Shown here piece by piece: positions 19,867 through 30,236 of a stretch of DNA of 64,000 nucleotides (the first letter of the stretch is position 1; each line of letters starts with the position of its first letter). Under the pieces are notes generated by a model. The model had not been told where the DNA came from, searched no databases, and saw only the letters and a program-made list of their open reading frames with translations. The stretch comes from Saccharolobus solfataricus P2 (lineage in GTDB: Archaea; Thermoproteota; Thermoprotei_A; Sulfolobales; Sulfolobaceae). The DNA is taken from assembly GCF_000007005.1 (NCBI RefSeq), contig NC_002754.1; one strand, 5' to 3'. Position numbers and translations under genes: made by a program.

Positions 19867-22800
19867 ACTTCTTTCTTCTCTTTATCAAGATCAATGCAAT
19901 AATAGTTATAATATCTAGTACGATTCCTATAGTCAAAATTGAACCACTGTCTAAACTCGGGTAACTAGACTTAGCATGATTATTACCAATCGTTGTGATG
20001 TAGTTTACATTATTGCCTACAGTACTATTTATTTTTATTATTTCTGAATTGACTAGACTTACATTTTGCACCTTAGAATTGATTAAGGTAACTGTACCGT
20101 TTTCAACAATCAAGTTACGTATTATACTATTAATAAAAGTAGCATTATGCCCAACTACTATAGCTTTATCTATGAACTCATTAAAGGCTATAGTGCCATT
20201 GAATACGCTCACATATACATAAGGTAAGACAACAAATTGACTAGAAGGTGATATAGGATTTATGGATAAAGTATTAACGTCAAGAGTGGCAGGGAAATTC
20301 GTAGGAATTCCATCCGCAGATATACCCTCCACATAAACATCCCAATAGCCAGATATACCATAGGTAGAATAGCCTAAGGAATTAGTAGAAGATCCGCTTG
20401 GAATTTCCAATTGACCAATCCAACTTCCGTTGATGTACGTTAAGGGAACACTGTATTGCAACTGTAAGTTATCGAACTGGCTGGAGAGATAGGAGGGAAC
20501 AATAATAGCGGAAAATGAACCGTATTTAACCTCAGTGCCATTAGGATAAGTAATATTTGCTATAACGTATATTTGTTGATTTTGATACACAATACTATTA
20601 TTAGGTATTATTCTAACCTTAACGTTAAGTGAGTATGGAGACACGTAAATTTGAGTTAAACCTACGCCCTCTGCAGTAAAGTTAGAAGCGTTGTAAATTG
20701 CCTTAGTAACAACATAGTAGTATCCTGGCTTCAATTTTGGCAAGGTAATTTGAGTTATATATAATAAAGTATTCTGATAAGTAATTGCATTAACGGGTAT
20801 AGAGTAAACCTTATTTCCCGAGATATTATAGAAAGTTACAGTAACGTTAGGAGATCCTATTGCTAAGGCTTCAGCGAGTATTGTAACGTTTTGACCAGGG
20901 GATAGTACCACTGGGTTTGTAAAGACTGGAGGATAGACCGCATCAAGAATATATATGCCACTAACGAATTCGTCAAAGCCAAACACGTTCGGTATTTTAA
21001 TAAAATAGACTCCACTTATGATATTGCTTGGCAACTGATAGACCCCGGTGAGGTAGCTAGATTCAATTTGGATACCTAAAATGGAAAGGTTTATTAATGA
21101 GGTTCTTTGCAATTGAACGCTAGAAATAATTGACATTTTATTATTCATCTGATCATATTTATATATCAAAGCTGTAAGATTTGAAGGATTCCTCACTAGA
21201 GAACCATTGGGATAAATAAGTTGAACAACTATAGGAACGGGTTCAGGCTCTGGGAATAATGCAATAGGCGGAAAAATGAATTGAGCTTGATAACCAATAG
21301 TAACGTAAGTAGAACCTTCTAAATTACCCGCTTTTACTATTACTTCCTCTATACCGCTTCCTTCTGCAACAAATTCACCAACCCAATAAGTTCCATTAAA
21401 CGACAATGAGAACTGCTGAACAACAGAGCTACCATTATACACGATTCCAATTACACTTGAAGGTCTTATTCCGGTAATATTAGCGACTACTTTTACGACT
21501 TGCCCATCTAAATATGTAATATTATTAACCCCCACAGAAATACTTGAAGAGTGTATTACTTTAGGTAATAGTTGATATAAATATCCGGCATTTATTGATC
21601 CTAAACCAGTTACAGGATTCAATTCTGACGAATTAACGTAATAAGGTGTATTATATCCGAAACCTATGGGAGATAATGCACTTGTGTTTCTTAGCTCATA
21701 AAGAAAAGGATTTACAAATCCTAGCTTACCGTAGCTTTGAGTCATTAGGTCAATAATCCCACTAACTATTGGTGTAGCTAATGATGTGCCGCCCACTAAG
21801 TAAGTTTGATTGTAGTAATACAAGATAAAAGCACCAGTATATGGATTAGCGTCAGCTACAACATCTGGGACCACTCTAAAACCATTACTATCTTGATACC
21901 AAGGAGCGGGAAATAATGTACTATATCCACCGGTAGACGCTCCTAGCACGCTTTCACCGCTCCACGCTGTTTCCATAGTCTTATTCCCACCTATGTAGAC
22001 AGATGAACCGCCTACTGCTAAGACGTAAGGTATAGAAGCTGGAAATATTACGGAACCTTGAGGAGCTAAGAAGTAATTGTATCCATTTCCGCCTGCGTCA
22101 CCAGAAGCAGCAGCGAAACTAATCCCCTCAACCTCACCTAGCCAATATTCATACATTAGCGAATTGACATATGAAAGAGGAATTAGACCTAAATCTACAT
22201 ATAGTTCGGGGATACCAAAACTTTGCGATACTACGTTTACTTCATCTTGTTGAACTATATATGCTATAATTGCAGGAAGAGGGATATTTGGATTGGCTAC
22301 GTATAAAACAATTCCAGCATCAGGAGCTATAACATGAGCATACTCAACATCTAAAGAGATTTCCATTGCCCAACCTGTTGAAATACCATTATTAGGATTG
22401 TAAGCTCCTATGGGGACAATTTTAAAGAATGGAGGATTTGGAATATTATACTGTTTGTCAAATTCTTGTAATTGTTGCTGTATGTAGGGATTACCGTAGA
22501 AATCCAATATGCCTATAGCGGTGCCTTTTCCAGTTATGTTATGGGCGTGTAACCAGCTAATATTATAAGCATAGAGTAATTGACTAGGCTTTAATGCATT
22601 ATATGCGACAGCTTGTGTAACGTTATAGAGTGTTGTGGGCTTATTTAGAATTAGTGAAGTAATATTAGTACCTATTACGATGGCGTTAGGAATTACTGGA
22701 GAACCAAAAAATTCAAAGAACCTCTTTCCGTTGAGTTCATAAACGTAGAACTTCCCATTTAATGCTTTCTCTAGCTGTGAAACAGTTCCACTAGCCAATA

Positions 22801-23092
22801 TTACATTCATATAACTGGTTGCGGATATATTTGATTGCCTTAACTGAGATAACGTTTTTGATATTTCCTCTGTTGGAATGAAAAGCTTTTCCACTTGAGT
22901 CTGATTTAATATTACATGTTCTTGAACATATTGTTGTAAAAGAGTTAGATTACTCGGTGGAAAAACTATAGCCACCGTTAAGTAATAGTTTGGAGATAAT
23001 GTTGTGATTGACTGGTTGTTTATATTCGTAATAGTCAATGGTAATACAATGTCACTTAAAGCTAAAATCAGCAAGAATATACTCCATGTCAT
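19859..23092 (-). CDS. Sedolisin (peptidase S53) family membrane-anchored surface protease
   Basis: Signal peptide and prodomain; catalytic motifs EISLDVE, SGDAG and GGTSLATP; C-terminal TM helix followed by KRRKK. Confidence 0.92.
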   Translation of the reverse strand: MTWSIFLLILALSDIVLPLTITNINNQSITTLSPNYYLTVAIVFPPSNLTLLQQYVQEHVILNQTQVEKLFIPTEEISKTLSQLRQSNISATSYMNVILASGTVSQLEKALNGKFYVYELNGKRFFEFFGSPVIPNAIVIGTNITSLILNKPTTLYNVTQAVAYNALKPSQLLYAYNISWLHAHNITGKGTAIGILDFYGNPYIQQQLQEFDKQYNIPNPPFFKIVPIGAYNPNNGISTGWAMEISLDVEYAHVIAPDAGIVLYVANPNIPLPAIIAYIVQQDEVNVVSQSFGIPELYVDLGLIPLSYVNSLMYEYWLGEVEGISFAAASGDAGGNGYNYFLAPQGSVIFPASIPYVLAVGGSSVYIGGNKTMETAWSGESVLGASTGGYSTLFPAPWYQDSNGFRVVPDVVADANPYTGAFILYYYNQTYLVGGTSLATPIVSGIIDLMTQSYGKLGFVNPFLYELRNTSALSPIGFGYNTPYYVNSSELNPVTGLGSINAGYLYQLLPKVIHSSSISVGVNNITYLDGQVVKVVANITGIRPSSVIGIVYNGSSVVQQFSLSFNGTYWVGEFVAEGSGIEEVIVKAGNLEGSTYVTIGYQAQFIFPPIALFPEPEPVPIVVQLIYPNGSLVRNPSNLTALIYKYDQMNNKMSIISSVQLQRTSLINLSILGIQIESSYLTGVYQLPSNIISGVYFIKIPNVFGFDEFVSGIYILDAVYPPVFTNPVVLSPGQNVTILAEALAIGSPNVTVTFYNISGNKVYSIPVNAITYQNTLLYITQITLPKLKPGYYYVVTKAIYNASNFTAEGVGLTQIYVSPYSLNVKVRIIPNNSIVYQNQQIYVIANITYPNGTEVKYGSFSAIIVPSYLSSQFDNLQLQYSVPLTYINGSWIGQLEIPSGSSTNSLGYSTYGISGYWDVYVEGISADGIPTNFPATLDVNTLSINPISPSSQFVVLPYVYVSVFNGTIAFNEFIDKAIVVGHNATFINSIIRNLIVENGTVTLINSKVQNVSLVNSEIIKINSTVGNNVNYITTIGNNHAKSSYPSLDSGSILTIGIVLDIITIIALILIKRRKKFI

Positions 23093-23152
23093 TAAACCAA
23101 AAATAGTTTCTGAGAGTATATAGTTTTTCCCAATATCTGAGCTTCCAATGCT

Positions 23153-23169
23153 ATTTAACTCCCCAGTTA
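23153..23169 (+). repeat. 17-bp element containing the dyad TTAACT-cccc-AGTTA(A), with an inverted copy at 24826-24842
   Basis: atttaactccccagtta (23153-23169) is the exact reverse complement of taactggggagttaaat (24826-24842). Confidence 0.7.
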
Positions 23170-23305
23170 AATAAGGAGAGCGATCACGCGAAAATGGTTT
23201 TTAAGGAAGCTTGAAAACTTTTAATTAGAGAACATAATAATCACTAGACTTTAGTGCTAAAAAGGTTAGCAATGATTTTAAATTTATACATAGTAGAGTT
23301 AGAGT

Positions 23306-24547
23306 TTGATGCAAAAGATACCAGAAGATGGAGAAGTAATTAAATTTGAAAATGGGAAATGGATTGTACCAAAAAAGCCAATAATTCTGTATGTTGAAGG
23401 GGATGGAATAGGGCATGAAATAACACATGCTGCTATGAAGGTTATAAACAAAGCAGTGGAAAAAGCTTATGGATCTGATAGAGAAATTAAGTGGGTAGAA
23501 GTTCTAGCAGGAGATAAGGCAGAAAAGCTAACCGGAAATAGATTTCCTAAAGAGTCAGAGGAATTGATAGAGAAGTATAGAGTCTTATTAAAAGGTCCCC
23601 TAGAAACACCAATAGGCAAAGGCTGGAAATCCATCAATGTAGCAATTAGATTAATGTTGGATCTTTATGCAAATATAAGACCAGTAAAATACATTCCAGG
23701 TATAGAAAGTCCAATTAAGAACGCAGATAAGATTGACCTTATAATATTTAGGGAAAATACTGATGATTTGTACAGAGGAATAGAGTATCCTTATGACAGT
23801 GAACAAGCAAAGAAAATTAGAGATTTTCTAAGAAAGGAGCTAGGAGTGGAAGTGGAAGATGATACTGGAATTGGTATAAAACTTATCAGTAGATTTAAGA
23901 CGCAAAGGATTGCGAGAATGGCTATAAAATACGCTATAGACCATAAACGAAAGAAAGTTACAATAATGCATAAAGGTAATGTGATGAAATATACCGAAGG
24001 AGCATTTAGAGAATGGTCATATGAAGTTGCAACAAAAGAATTTAGAGATTATATAGTTACTGAGGAAGAGGTAACAAAGAATTATAATGGAGTACCTCCT
24101 TCTGGGAAGGTCATAATAAATGATAGGATAGCTGATAACATGTTCCAACAGATAATTATCAGACCAGACGAGTACGATATAATATTAGCACCTAACGTAA
24201 ATGGGGATTACATATCGGATGCTGCGGGCGCACTGGTAGGAAATATTGGTATGTTAGGCGGTGCAAATATAGGAGATACTGGAGGTATGTTCGAGGCAAT
24301 ACATGGTACCGCACCTAAGTATGCTGGTAAGAATGTTGCAAACCCCACTGGAATAATAAAAGGTGGTGAGTTAATGTTAAGATTTATGGGATGGGATAAG
24401 GCTGCTGAGTTAATAGATTCTGCAATCATGGAATCTATAAGACAGAAGAAGGTTACTCAGGATTTAGCTAGATTTATGGGTGTAAGAGCCTTATCAACTA
24501 CTGAATATACTGACGAGCTAATTGCGATAATCGATACACTATCATAA
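23306..24547 (+). CDS. idh: NADP-dependent isocitrate dehydrogenase
   Basis: Motifs EGDGIG, KGPLETP, FRENT, MHKGNVMK, NGDYISD and EAIHGTAPKYAG. Confidence 0.97.
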   Translation: MMQKIPEDGEVIKFENGKWIVPKKPIILYVEGDGIGHEITHAAMKVINKAVEKAYGSDREIKWVEVLAGDKAEKLTGNRFPKESEELIEKYRVLLKGPLETPIGKGWKSINVAIRLMLDLYANIRPVKYIPGIESPIKNADKIDLIIFRENTDDLYRGIEYPYDSEQAKKIRDFLRKELGVEVEDDTGIGIKLISRFKTQRIARMAIKYAIDHKRKKVTIMHKGNVMKYTEGAFREWSYEVATKEFRDYIVTEEEVTKNYNGVPPSGKVIINDRIADNMFQQIIIRPDEYDIILAPNVNGDYISDAAGALVGNIGMLGGANIGDTGGMFEAIHGTAPKYAGKNVANPTGIIKGGELMLRFMGWDKAAELIDSAIMESIRQKKVTQDLARFMGVRALSTTEYTDELIAIIDTLS

Positions 24548-24549
24548 AT

Positions 24550-24845
24550 TTTACAGTAAATTTCCTACGTTTCTATAACACTTTCGTACCCTAATCTCTC
24601 AATACAATTGTCTCTGTGTAAATTTCCTACGTTTCATCTGAAAATCTAGCTATTAGAGCTTGGTTTAATTATACAAACTCAATATTTTTCTTTTTTCCTT
24701 CCTTTAATGTTTCAGATGAAATTAAGAGAGTGTCTCTTTAAAAACGATAATACTTTATACAAACGTACTACTTTTGGCGGTATATAGGGTATTTTTAAGG
24801 ATGAAATCACAGGAAATTTACTGCATAACTGGGGAGTTAAATTTT
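24550..24845. other. oriC2: Replication origin oriC2
   Basis: Inverted mini-ORBs tttcatctgaaa (24632-24643) and tttcagatgaaa (24710-24721) flank an AT/pyrimidine-rich DUE. gtaaatttcctacgtttc is repeated at 24556-24573 and 24618-24635, with an inverted variant at about 24800-24823. The region lies upstream of cdc6-3. Confidence 0.9.
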
Positions 24846-25007
24846 TCCGATAATTATAATATTTCAGAAAAAAGAATTTAAAGTCCAATATTTGCTTCAC
24901 TATGGTTACATTACCTTGTAATAAGGAAAAACTATTTTTAGATTCTAGACTTTTAAGTTTCTAACAATTATGAAAAGATTAATAAGTTAATTCTTGAAGG
25001 TAGGTTT

Positions 25008-25310
25008 GTGGCAATGGTTATTAGACGTACGTTTATAAAGTCTACCTTAGCAGTGTCCTTTTCAATATCGTATTTACTATACCTTATTGCTAGGGCATCT
25101 TTTGGATCGGGTAAACTAGCCTTTGTTATAGCATTGTTACAATTGTATCCTTACTTTCTAATTGAGTACTTGCCTACAGGGCAAGTTATTTCATTGTTCT
25201 TCCAATCTCTTTTATTGCTTCTTTTTGCGATTTTCGTTTTATTGATTACATATATCTTATTTTCATTCTATAAATTATACAAAATGATTAAAACCTCAGT
25301 TTTGAAGTAA
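25008..25310 (+). CDS. Small hypothetical membrane protein
   Basis: Hydrophobic 100-aa ORF between the origin and cdc6-3. Confidence 0.55.
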   Translation: MAMVIRRTFIKSTLAVSFSISYLLYLIARASFGSGKLAFVIALLQLYPYFLIEYLPTGQVISLFFQSLLLLLFAIFVLLITYILFSFYKLYKMIKTSVLK

Positions 25311-25384
25311 TATTGATTTAACCTGTGGTCTAGATATTACCAACAAAGTCATAGGAAACAGGTTTAACAGCAGAAACATTAGAA

Positions 25385-26569
25385 GTGCATGTGATAAGGG
25401 AAACATTGAAAGGTGGTAAGGGTGAAGTTATAAAAAACCCTAAGGTCTTTATCGATCCGTTATCTGTATTTAAGGAGATTCCGTTTAGAGAGGATATATT
25501 AAGGGATGCCGCAATTGCTATTAGGTATTTCGTTAAGAATGAGGTCAAGTTTTCGAACTTATTCCTTGGATTAACCGGTACCGGAAAAACTTTCGTGAGC
25601 AAATATATCTTTAATGAAATTGAGGAGGTGAAGAAAGAGGACGAGGAATATAAGGATGTAAAACAAGCTTATGTTAATTGCAGAGAGGTTGGTGGAACAC
25701 CACAAGCTGTATTATCCTCTTTAGCTGGGAAACTAACTGGTTTTTCAGTACCAAAGCATGGTATTAATTTAGGTGAGTATATTGATAAGATAAAGAATGG
25801 CACAAGGAATATAAGAGCAATTATATATCTTGACGAGGTTGACACGTTAGTGAAGAGAAGAGGGGGAGATATAGTTCTTTATCAGCTGCTTAGATCAGAT
25901 GCAAATATATCTGTTATAATGATTAGTAATGACATTAATGTTCGTGATTATATGGAGCCCAGAGTTTTATCATCTTTAGGGCCTTCGGTAATCTTTAAAC
26001 CTTACGATGCAGAGCAACTGAAATTTATTCTTTCGAAGTATGCTGAATATGGCCTAATAAAAGGTACCTATGATGACGAAATATTGAGCTATATTGCAGC
26101 TATTTCTGCTAAAGAGCACGGTGATGCAAGGAAAGCAGTAAATTTGCTTTTCAGGGCAGCTCAGCTAGCTTCAGGTGGGGGTATTATTAGGAAGGAGCAC
26201 GTAGATAAGGCCATTGTGGATTATGAACAAGAGAGGCTTATAGAGGCCGTCAAAGCTCTTCCTTTTCACTATAAATTGGCTTTAAGAAGTCTGATAGAGT
26301 CAGAAGATGTAATGTCTGCTCATAAAATGTATACAGATCTTTGTAATAAATTCAAGCAAAAACCCTTATCGTATAGGAGGTTTTCAGATATCATATCAGA
26401 ATTGGACATGTTTGGGATAGTCAAGATAAGGATAATTAATAGGGGTAGAGCCGGTGGAGTTAAGAAATATGCATTGGTGGAAGATAAGGAGAAGGTATTA
26501 AGAGCGCTTAATGAGACTTTTGAAGATAGTATTAGTATTGGTGATTTTGATGATGTGGGAGAAAATTAA
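25385..26569 (+). CDS. cdc6-3: Orc1/Cdc6 replication initiator (Cdc6-3/Orc1-3)
   Basis: Walker A GLTGTGKT, Walker B YLDEVD, HGDARKA, and a C-terminal wHTH ([10 protein letters not shown]...GRAGG). Adjacent to the origin. Confidence 0.92.
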   Translation: MHVIRETLKGGKGEVIKNPKVFIDPLSVFKEIPFREDILRDAAIAIRYFVKNEVKFSNLFLGLTGTGKTFVSKYIFNEIEEVKKEDEEYKDVKQAYVNCREVGGTPQAVLSSLAGKLTGFSVPKHGINLGEYIDKIKNGTRNIRAIIYLDEVDTLVKRRGGDIVLYQLLRSDANISVIMISNDINVRDYMEPRVLSSLGPSVIFKPYDAEQLKFILSKYAEYGLIKGTYDDEILSYIAAISAKEHGDARKAVNLLFRAAQLASGGGIIRKEHVDKAIVDYEQERLIEAVKALPFHYKLALRSLIESEDVMSAHKMYTDLCNKFKQKPLSYRRFSDIISELDMFGIVKIRIINRGRAGGVKKYALVEDKEKVLRALNETFEDSISIGDFDDVGEN

Positions 26570-26870
26570 GAGGTTAGAAGAGAGATTGTATGAACTAAGA
26601 AAGGAAATTGAGGAAGTCGAAAAAGAGTTAGAAGGATATCCAAGTGGACATCTAGAAGTTAAGACAATTAATGGAAATGTCTACTACTACTTAAGGTATT
26701 GGGAAGATGGTAAATTAAGAAGCAAATATGTTGGCAAGTTTGCTAATGAGATCAAGGAAAAACTTTCTAAGGGTGAGCAGTTAAGGAGGAGACTAACTCA
26801 GTTAAAAGAGGAAGAAAAAAAGTTATCCATTATTATAAACAAAATAGAAAAAATTATTACCGATTACTAA
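26550..26870 (+). CDS. Coiled-coil protein with [19 protein letters not shown] motif (DUF6788-like, typical of mobile elements)
   Basis: Likely start MMWEK overlaps the cdc6-3 stop. Coiled coils flank a beta-hairpin motif. Confidence 0.65.
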   Translation: MMWEKIKRLEERLYELRKEIEEVEKELEGYPSGHLEVKTINGNVYYYLRYWEDGKLRSKYVGKFANEIKEKLSKGEQLRRRLTQLKEEEKKLSIIINKIEKIITDY

Positions 26871-26927
26871 ACTTATCTTCATATTTACGTTTGATCATAA
26901 GATAGTCTTAAATAAACACTATTCTCT

Positions 26928-27773
26928 ATGAATATACAGAGGATATCCGTGATAATAGTATCAGCTCAAACATCGATTTCGCAAGCCTTATCTGGGATAG
27001 CTACTAGTATTATTGATGCAATACCTTCTATAATACTATTTGTAATAATACTATTAGTAGGTTATATAATAGGTAATATCGTAGCGTATTCCATAAGGAC
27101 ATTTTTAGGTAGGATTTTTAGAGAGGAACACGTTAGAGCAAGTGTTGATATAATAGCAGGTACAGTGAAGGCGTTAATCATCCTAATCGCATTGTCAATT
27201 GCTCTTTCTTTTTTACAGCTAGGAGCAGCTTCTGGATATATTCAACAGATAGCTAATTATTTGCCCAAATTAGCTGGAGCAATAGTTCTTCTTACCATTG
27301 GCTTAACTCTAGTTAATATTTTAGTTGATTACATGCAGAGGCAAATAGGAGCTAGATCGCAAGATGACTTAATAACTGCGATATTCAATGTCTTAAGGTT
27401 CGGTTTATATGCAGCCATCATAACTGTTGCTGCGGCCTTAGCGATTTTTAGTGTTATACCATATGTGGATCCTTATGTATTTTATGCTGTAATATTAGGT
27501 GCGGTAATACTATATGCTGCCTATGCTTTAATTGATAAGGTGTTAGTTCCCTTTGCTAACTCTAATCCAGATCTAGCCTACGTAGCAAATTATGGTAGAT
27601 TTATACTATATATAATTGTACTATTGATCGCAATTGCCATAATAGTTGAACCCTTTGGAAACGTTACATCAATAATATATGCTTTATCATGGGGTCTAGC
27701 GATAGCTTTTGCCATAGCGTTAATTCCTCTTGTTATAGCTTTAGTAAAGAAATTCTTAGCAGAAATTAAGTGA
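26928..27773 (+). CDS. TM-helix-repeat membrane protein (CmpX/MscS-associated)
   Basis: Repeated IPSIILFVIILLVGYII and LPKLAGAIVLLTIG units; no cytoplasmic MscS domain. Confidence 0.7.
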   Translation: MNIQRISVIIVSAQTSISQALSGIATSIIDAIPSIILFVIILLVGYIIGNIVAYSIRTFLGRIFREEHVRASVDIIAGTVKALIILIALSIALSFLQLGAASGYIQQIANYLPKLAGAIVLLTIGLTLVNILVDYMQRQIGARSQDDLITAIFNVLRFGLYAAIITVAAALAIFSVIPYVDPYVFYAVILGAVILYAAYALIDKVLVPFANSNPDLAYVANYGRFILYIIVLLIAIAIIVEPFGNVTSIIYALSWGLAIAFAIALIPLVIALVKKFLAEIK

Positions 27774-27820
27774 TTCTTTTTAAGAAGCTATTTTTAAACT
27801 CTAGTTTCTTTTTATTTCTT

Positions 27821-28114
27821 ATGAGTGGGATTTCCTCGAAGGAATTAGAGGAACTTAAAATTAACGGATGGATAGTATTAGAGAATGGAAAGAAGATTAA
27901 GAAGGAATTTAGATTCAAGGATTTTAAGCAATCGGTAGATTTCTTGAAAGATATACAACCTTCAGCTGACGCTTTAGATCACCACCCTGATGTGTGTGTT
28001 TATTATAATAGAGTCGTAGTAGAGTTAACAACTCATGATGTAGGAGGGTTAACAGATCTCGACTATAAATTAGCTATAAAACTTGACGAGCTTTACAAAA
28101 TGAAAACTAGTTAA
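27821..28114 (+). CDS. Pterin-4-alpha-carbinolamine dehydratase
   Basis: Motifs KEFRFKDF, DHHPD and LTTHDVGGLTDLD. Start trimmed to MSGISS. Confidence 0.92.
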   Translation: MSGISSKELEELKINGWIVLENGKKIKKEFRFKDFKQSVDFLKDIQPSADALDHHPDVCVYYNRVVVELTTHDVGGLTDLDYKLAIKLDELYKMKTS

Positions 28115-28180
28115 TATATAGTGGACTTGTGTCTTAGATAATAATTTTGTTTTTGTAAATTAGCTATACTTCTCAAAGTT

Positions 28181-28690
28181 TCAAGAAGTTAGAAAGAACT
28201 CAATACGTTCTCTTCCACCAACCTTAATTCCTTTGTTTACTTTGATTTTCAAGAAGTTTTCTAATATACTGACTTGTCCTTTCATTTTAACGTTTAATAT
28301 TTTCCCTGGGAATCTCCATATTGCCTCATAAGGATATTCCGTGATCTCCTCTTCATAGAAGTTTTCATAGACATTTAATCCTTCCTTTAATGTTCCCTTG
28401 AATGTTATTATAAACTCAATAACGGGGTGGGTTGTATCTAAAAGGAAAATATCTGTACTAACTACTTTAGCTCTTGTTACCCTATCGTTTATTATTATTT
28501 TTTCCTCATCTAAAAAACTTTGCATGTTCTCCTTAACTAATTCCATTTCTTTATCCAACATTTCCCTTGGTAAACTTACGTAGTAGTTTTCTGGATCATA
28601 ATAATAGAAAAAAGTGTATTGAGTTACGTTGCCTAACTTATCCATCACGAAATTTCCCAAGCCAAAAATTGGAGTTACGTTTTCACTCAT
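28181..28690 (-). CDS. Hypothetical protein, 169 aa
   Basis: Last gene of an apparent three-gene operon; overlaps the upstream ORF by 8 bp. Confidence 0.7.
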   Translation of the reverse strand: MSENVTPIFGLGNFVMDKLGNVTQYTFFYYYDPENYYVSLPREMLDKEMELVKENMQSFLDEEKIIINDRVTRAKVVSTDIFLLDTTHPVIEFIITFKGTLKEGLNVYENFYEEEITEYPYEAIWRFPGKILNVKMKGQVSILENFLKIKVNKGIKVGGRERIEFFLTS

Positions 28691-29399
28691 TTTTCTTCCT
28701 TTTCCTCCCTGTCTTCACTTGCAAATAGGGTTGTAATACATCTCTAAGAGTGGGACATTCATTTAACTTTCTCTTTAGCTCTGTTAGGAAACAGCACAGA
28801 GCTCCTAGCCTCTCCATACTAGTAAACTTTATCGAGTTTTGTGGTCTTTCAGTGGATATTGTTAAAAATTTGGCTTGGCCAGATAACGCTTTTAAGTATA
28901 GCCTGCTCGTTGAAGCCAATTCTGTAGTTGTCCATTTTCCCTCGGTTGATTCTGGTAATTTTATTTCGTTCCAAGATACGTTATCACATTCAATTTGGCA
29001 TTCAAATTCCTCATCTGTACTAATTAGGTCTACAACTTCTGCCTCTGCAATCTGTGCTGTAGGTGACAAGAAGTTTGATGTGGTATTTTTTAATTCCTCT
29101 TTCTGATATGCACAGCATGCTAAGGTTTGCAATTCATCTAGCATTTCAAAATCTCTCAGATTTATGTTATTCGTCCCTCTTACAGTAGATATTGTGAGTA
29201 ATGTAAGTGAGTTAGGAAGCATAAGAACTTCAAATTTAAAGTAGTTTGAGTCAGCTATTCTTATTATATAAGTCTTATTTTCTTCATTTGATAATTTTCT
29301 AAAGCTTTCAAATTTTTCTCGAAGAAGAGTTGAATCACAATTAGGTACGAGAAATGAGAAACCTCTTATTTCCCTTATTGACTTTGTGGAACATTTCAT
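28683..29399 (-). CDS. Hypothetical protein with an internal duplication and basic tail
   Basis: LTIST...CC unit occurs twice (about aa 52-96 and 164-203); C-terminus KTGRKRKK. Confidence 0.7.
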   Translation of the reverse strand: MKCSTKSIREIRGFSFLVPNCDSTLLREKFESFRKLSNEENKTYIIRIADSNYFKFEVLMLPNSLTLLTISTVRGTNNINLRDFEMLDELQTLACCAYQKEELKNTTSNFLSPTAQIAEAEVVDLISTDEEFECQIECDNVSWNEIKLPESTEGKWTTTELASTSRLYLKALSGQAKFLTISTERPQNSIKFTSMERLGALCCFLTELKRKLNECPTLRDVLQPYLQVKTGRKRKKNE

Positions 29400-29432
29400 C
29401 GAATATATTATGCATTATCTAGGTATTTAACT

Positions 29433-30236
29433 TTAAGAGCTATTTAGTTCGTTAGCTTTTCGAATATCCGCATAAGCCTCCTCTTCTCTCCCCAATTTCA
29501 TCAACGATTTCGCTCTTCTTACGTAAGCATTTCTATACAATGGATTGATATTGATACTTTTCGAATACATATCTACAGCTTCTTCTAACAATCCCCTACT
29601 TTCCTTTAATTCTCCTAAACTGAAGTAAACTTCTGCATAGTATGGGTTTAGATTAATTGCGATTTCTAAATCATTTTCAGCCTCCTTATAGTTTCCTAAT
29701 TCTCTTTGAGCTAAAGCTCTATAGAAGTACAATTCTGCATCAGTAGGATATTTTTCAATAGCTAAACTCAAGTCAATTATAGCATCATTGTATTTACCTA
29801 ATTTAAGTTCGGAAATTCCCCGTATCTTATACACTAAAGGATCTTCGTCTTCTACTACCTTGATCTCATCTAGGGCTTTCTCATAGTTTTCTAATTTTAA
29901 ATAGATAAGTCCCCTTAGTTTTCTAGAATCTTTTGAATTGTCATTTAGATATATTAGCGCGTCTCTATAAAGTCCTTGAGCTATAAGTACTTTTGCCATT
30001 CCAATTTTATCTTCAGCCTTCTGAAAATTCTCATAAGCCTCTTGTAGTTTTCCTAGTTCAAAGAGTATCTTTCCTTTTAAGGAGTAGGCCTCCTTTAGAT
30101 CTGGGTTCTGGGTAATTAACTCGTCTAATAATTTCAATGCATAATTTAAGTTCTTATTCTTATATTGGGTATAGGCTTCTTTTAGGCTCAAACTCTCACT
30201 TAATATATCAATTAATCTTTTTGATAAAATAAGCAT
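29433..30236 (-). CDS. Tetratricopeptide-repeat protein
   Basis: Multiple TPR units (AYSLKGKILFELG, LYFYRALAQRELG, VYFSLGEL). Confidence 0.92.
   Translation of the reverse strand: MLILSKRLIDILSESLSLKEAYTQYKNKNLNYALKLLDELITQNPDLKEAYSLKGKILFELGKLQEAYENFQKAEDKIGMAKVLIAQGLYRDALIYLNDNSKDSRKLRGLIYLKLENYEKALDEIKVVEDEDPLVYKIRGISELKLGKYNDAIIDLSLAIEKYPTDAELYFYRALAQRELGNYKEAENDLEIAINLNPYYAEVYFSLGELKESRGLLEEAVDMYSKSININPLYRNAYVRRAKSLMKLGREEEAYADIRKANELNSS

Noticed and set aside
24556-24635. 18-bp direct repeats as a possible mini-CRISPR
   Set aside because: Only two direct copies, too short, no cas genes; explained as origin initiator-binding boxes.
24712-24900. 62-aa minus-strand ORF
   Set aside because: Runs across oriC2 elements; likely spurious.
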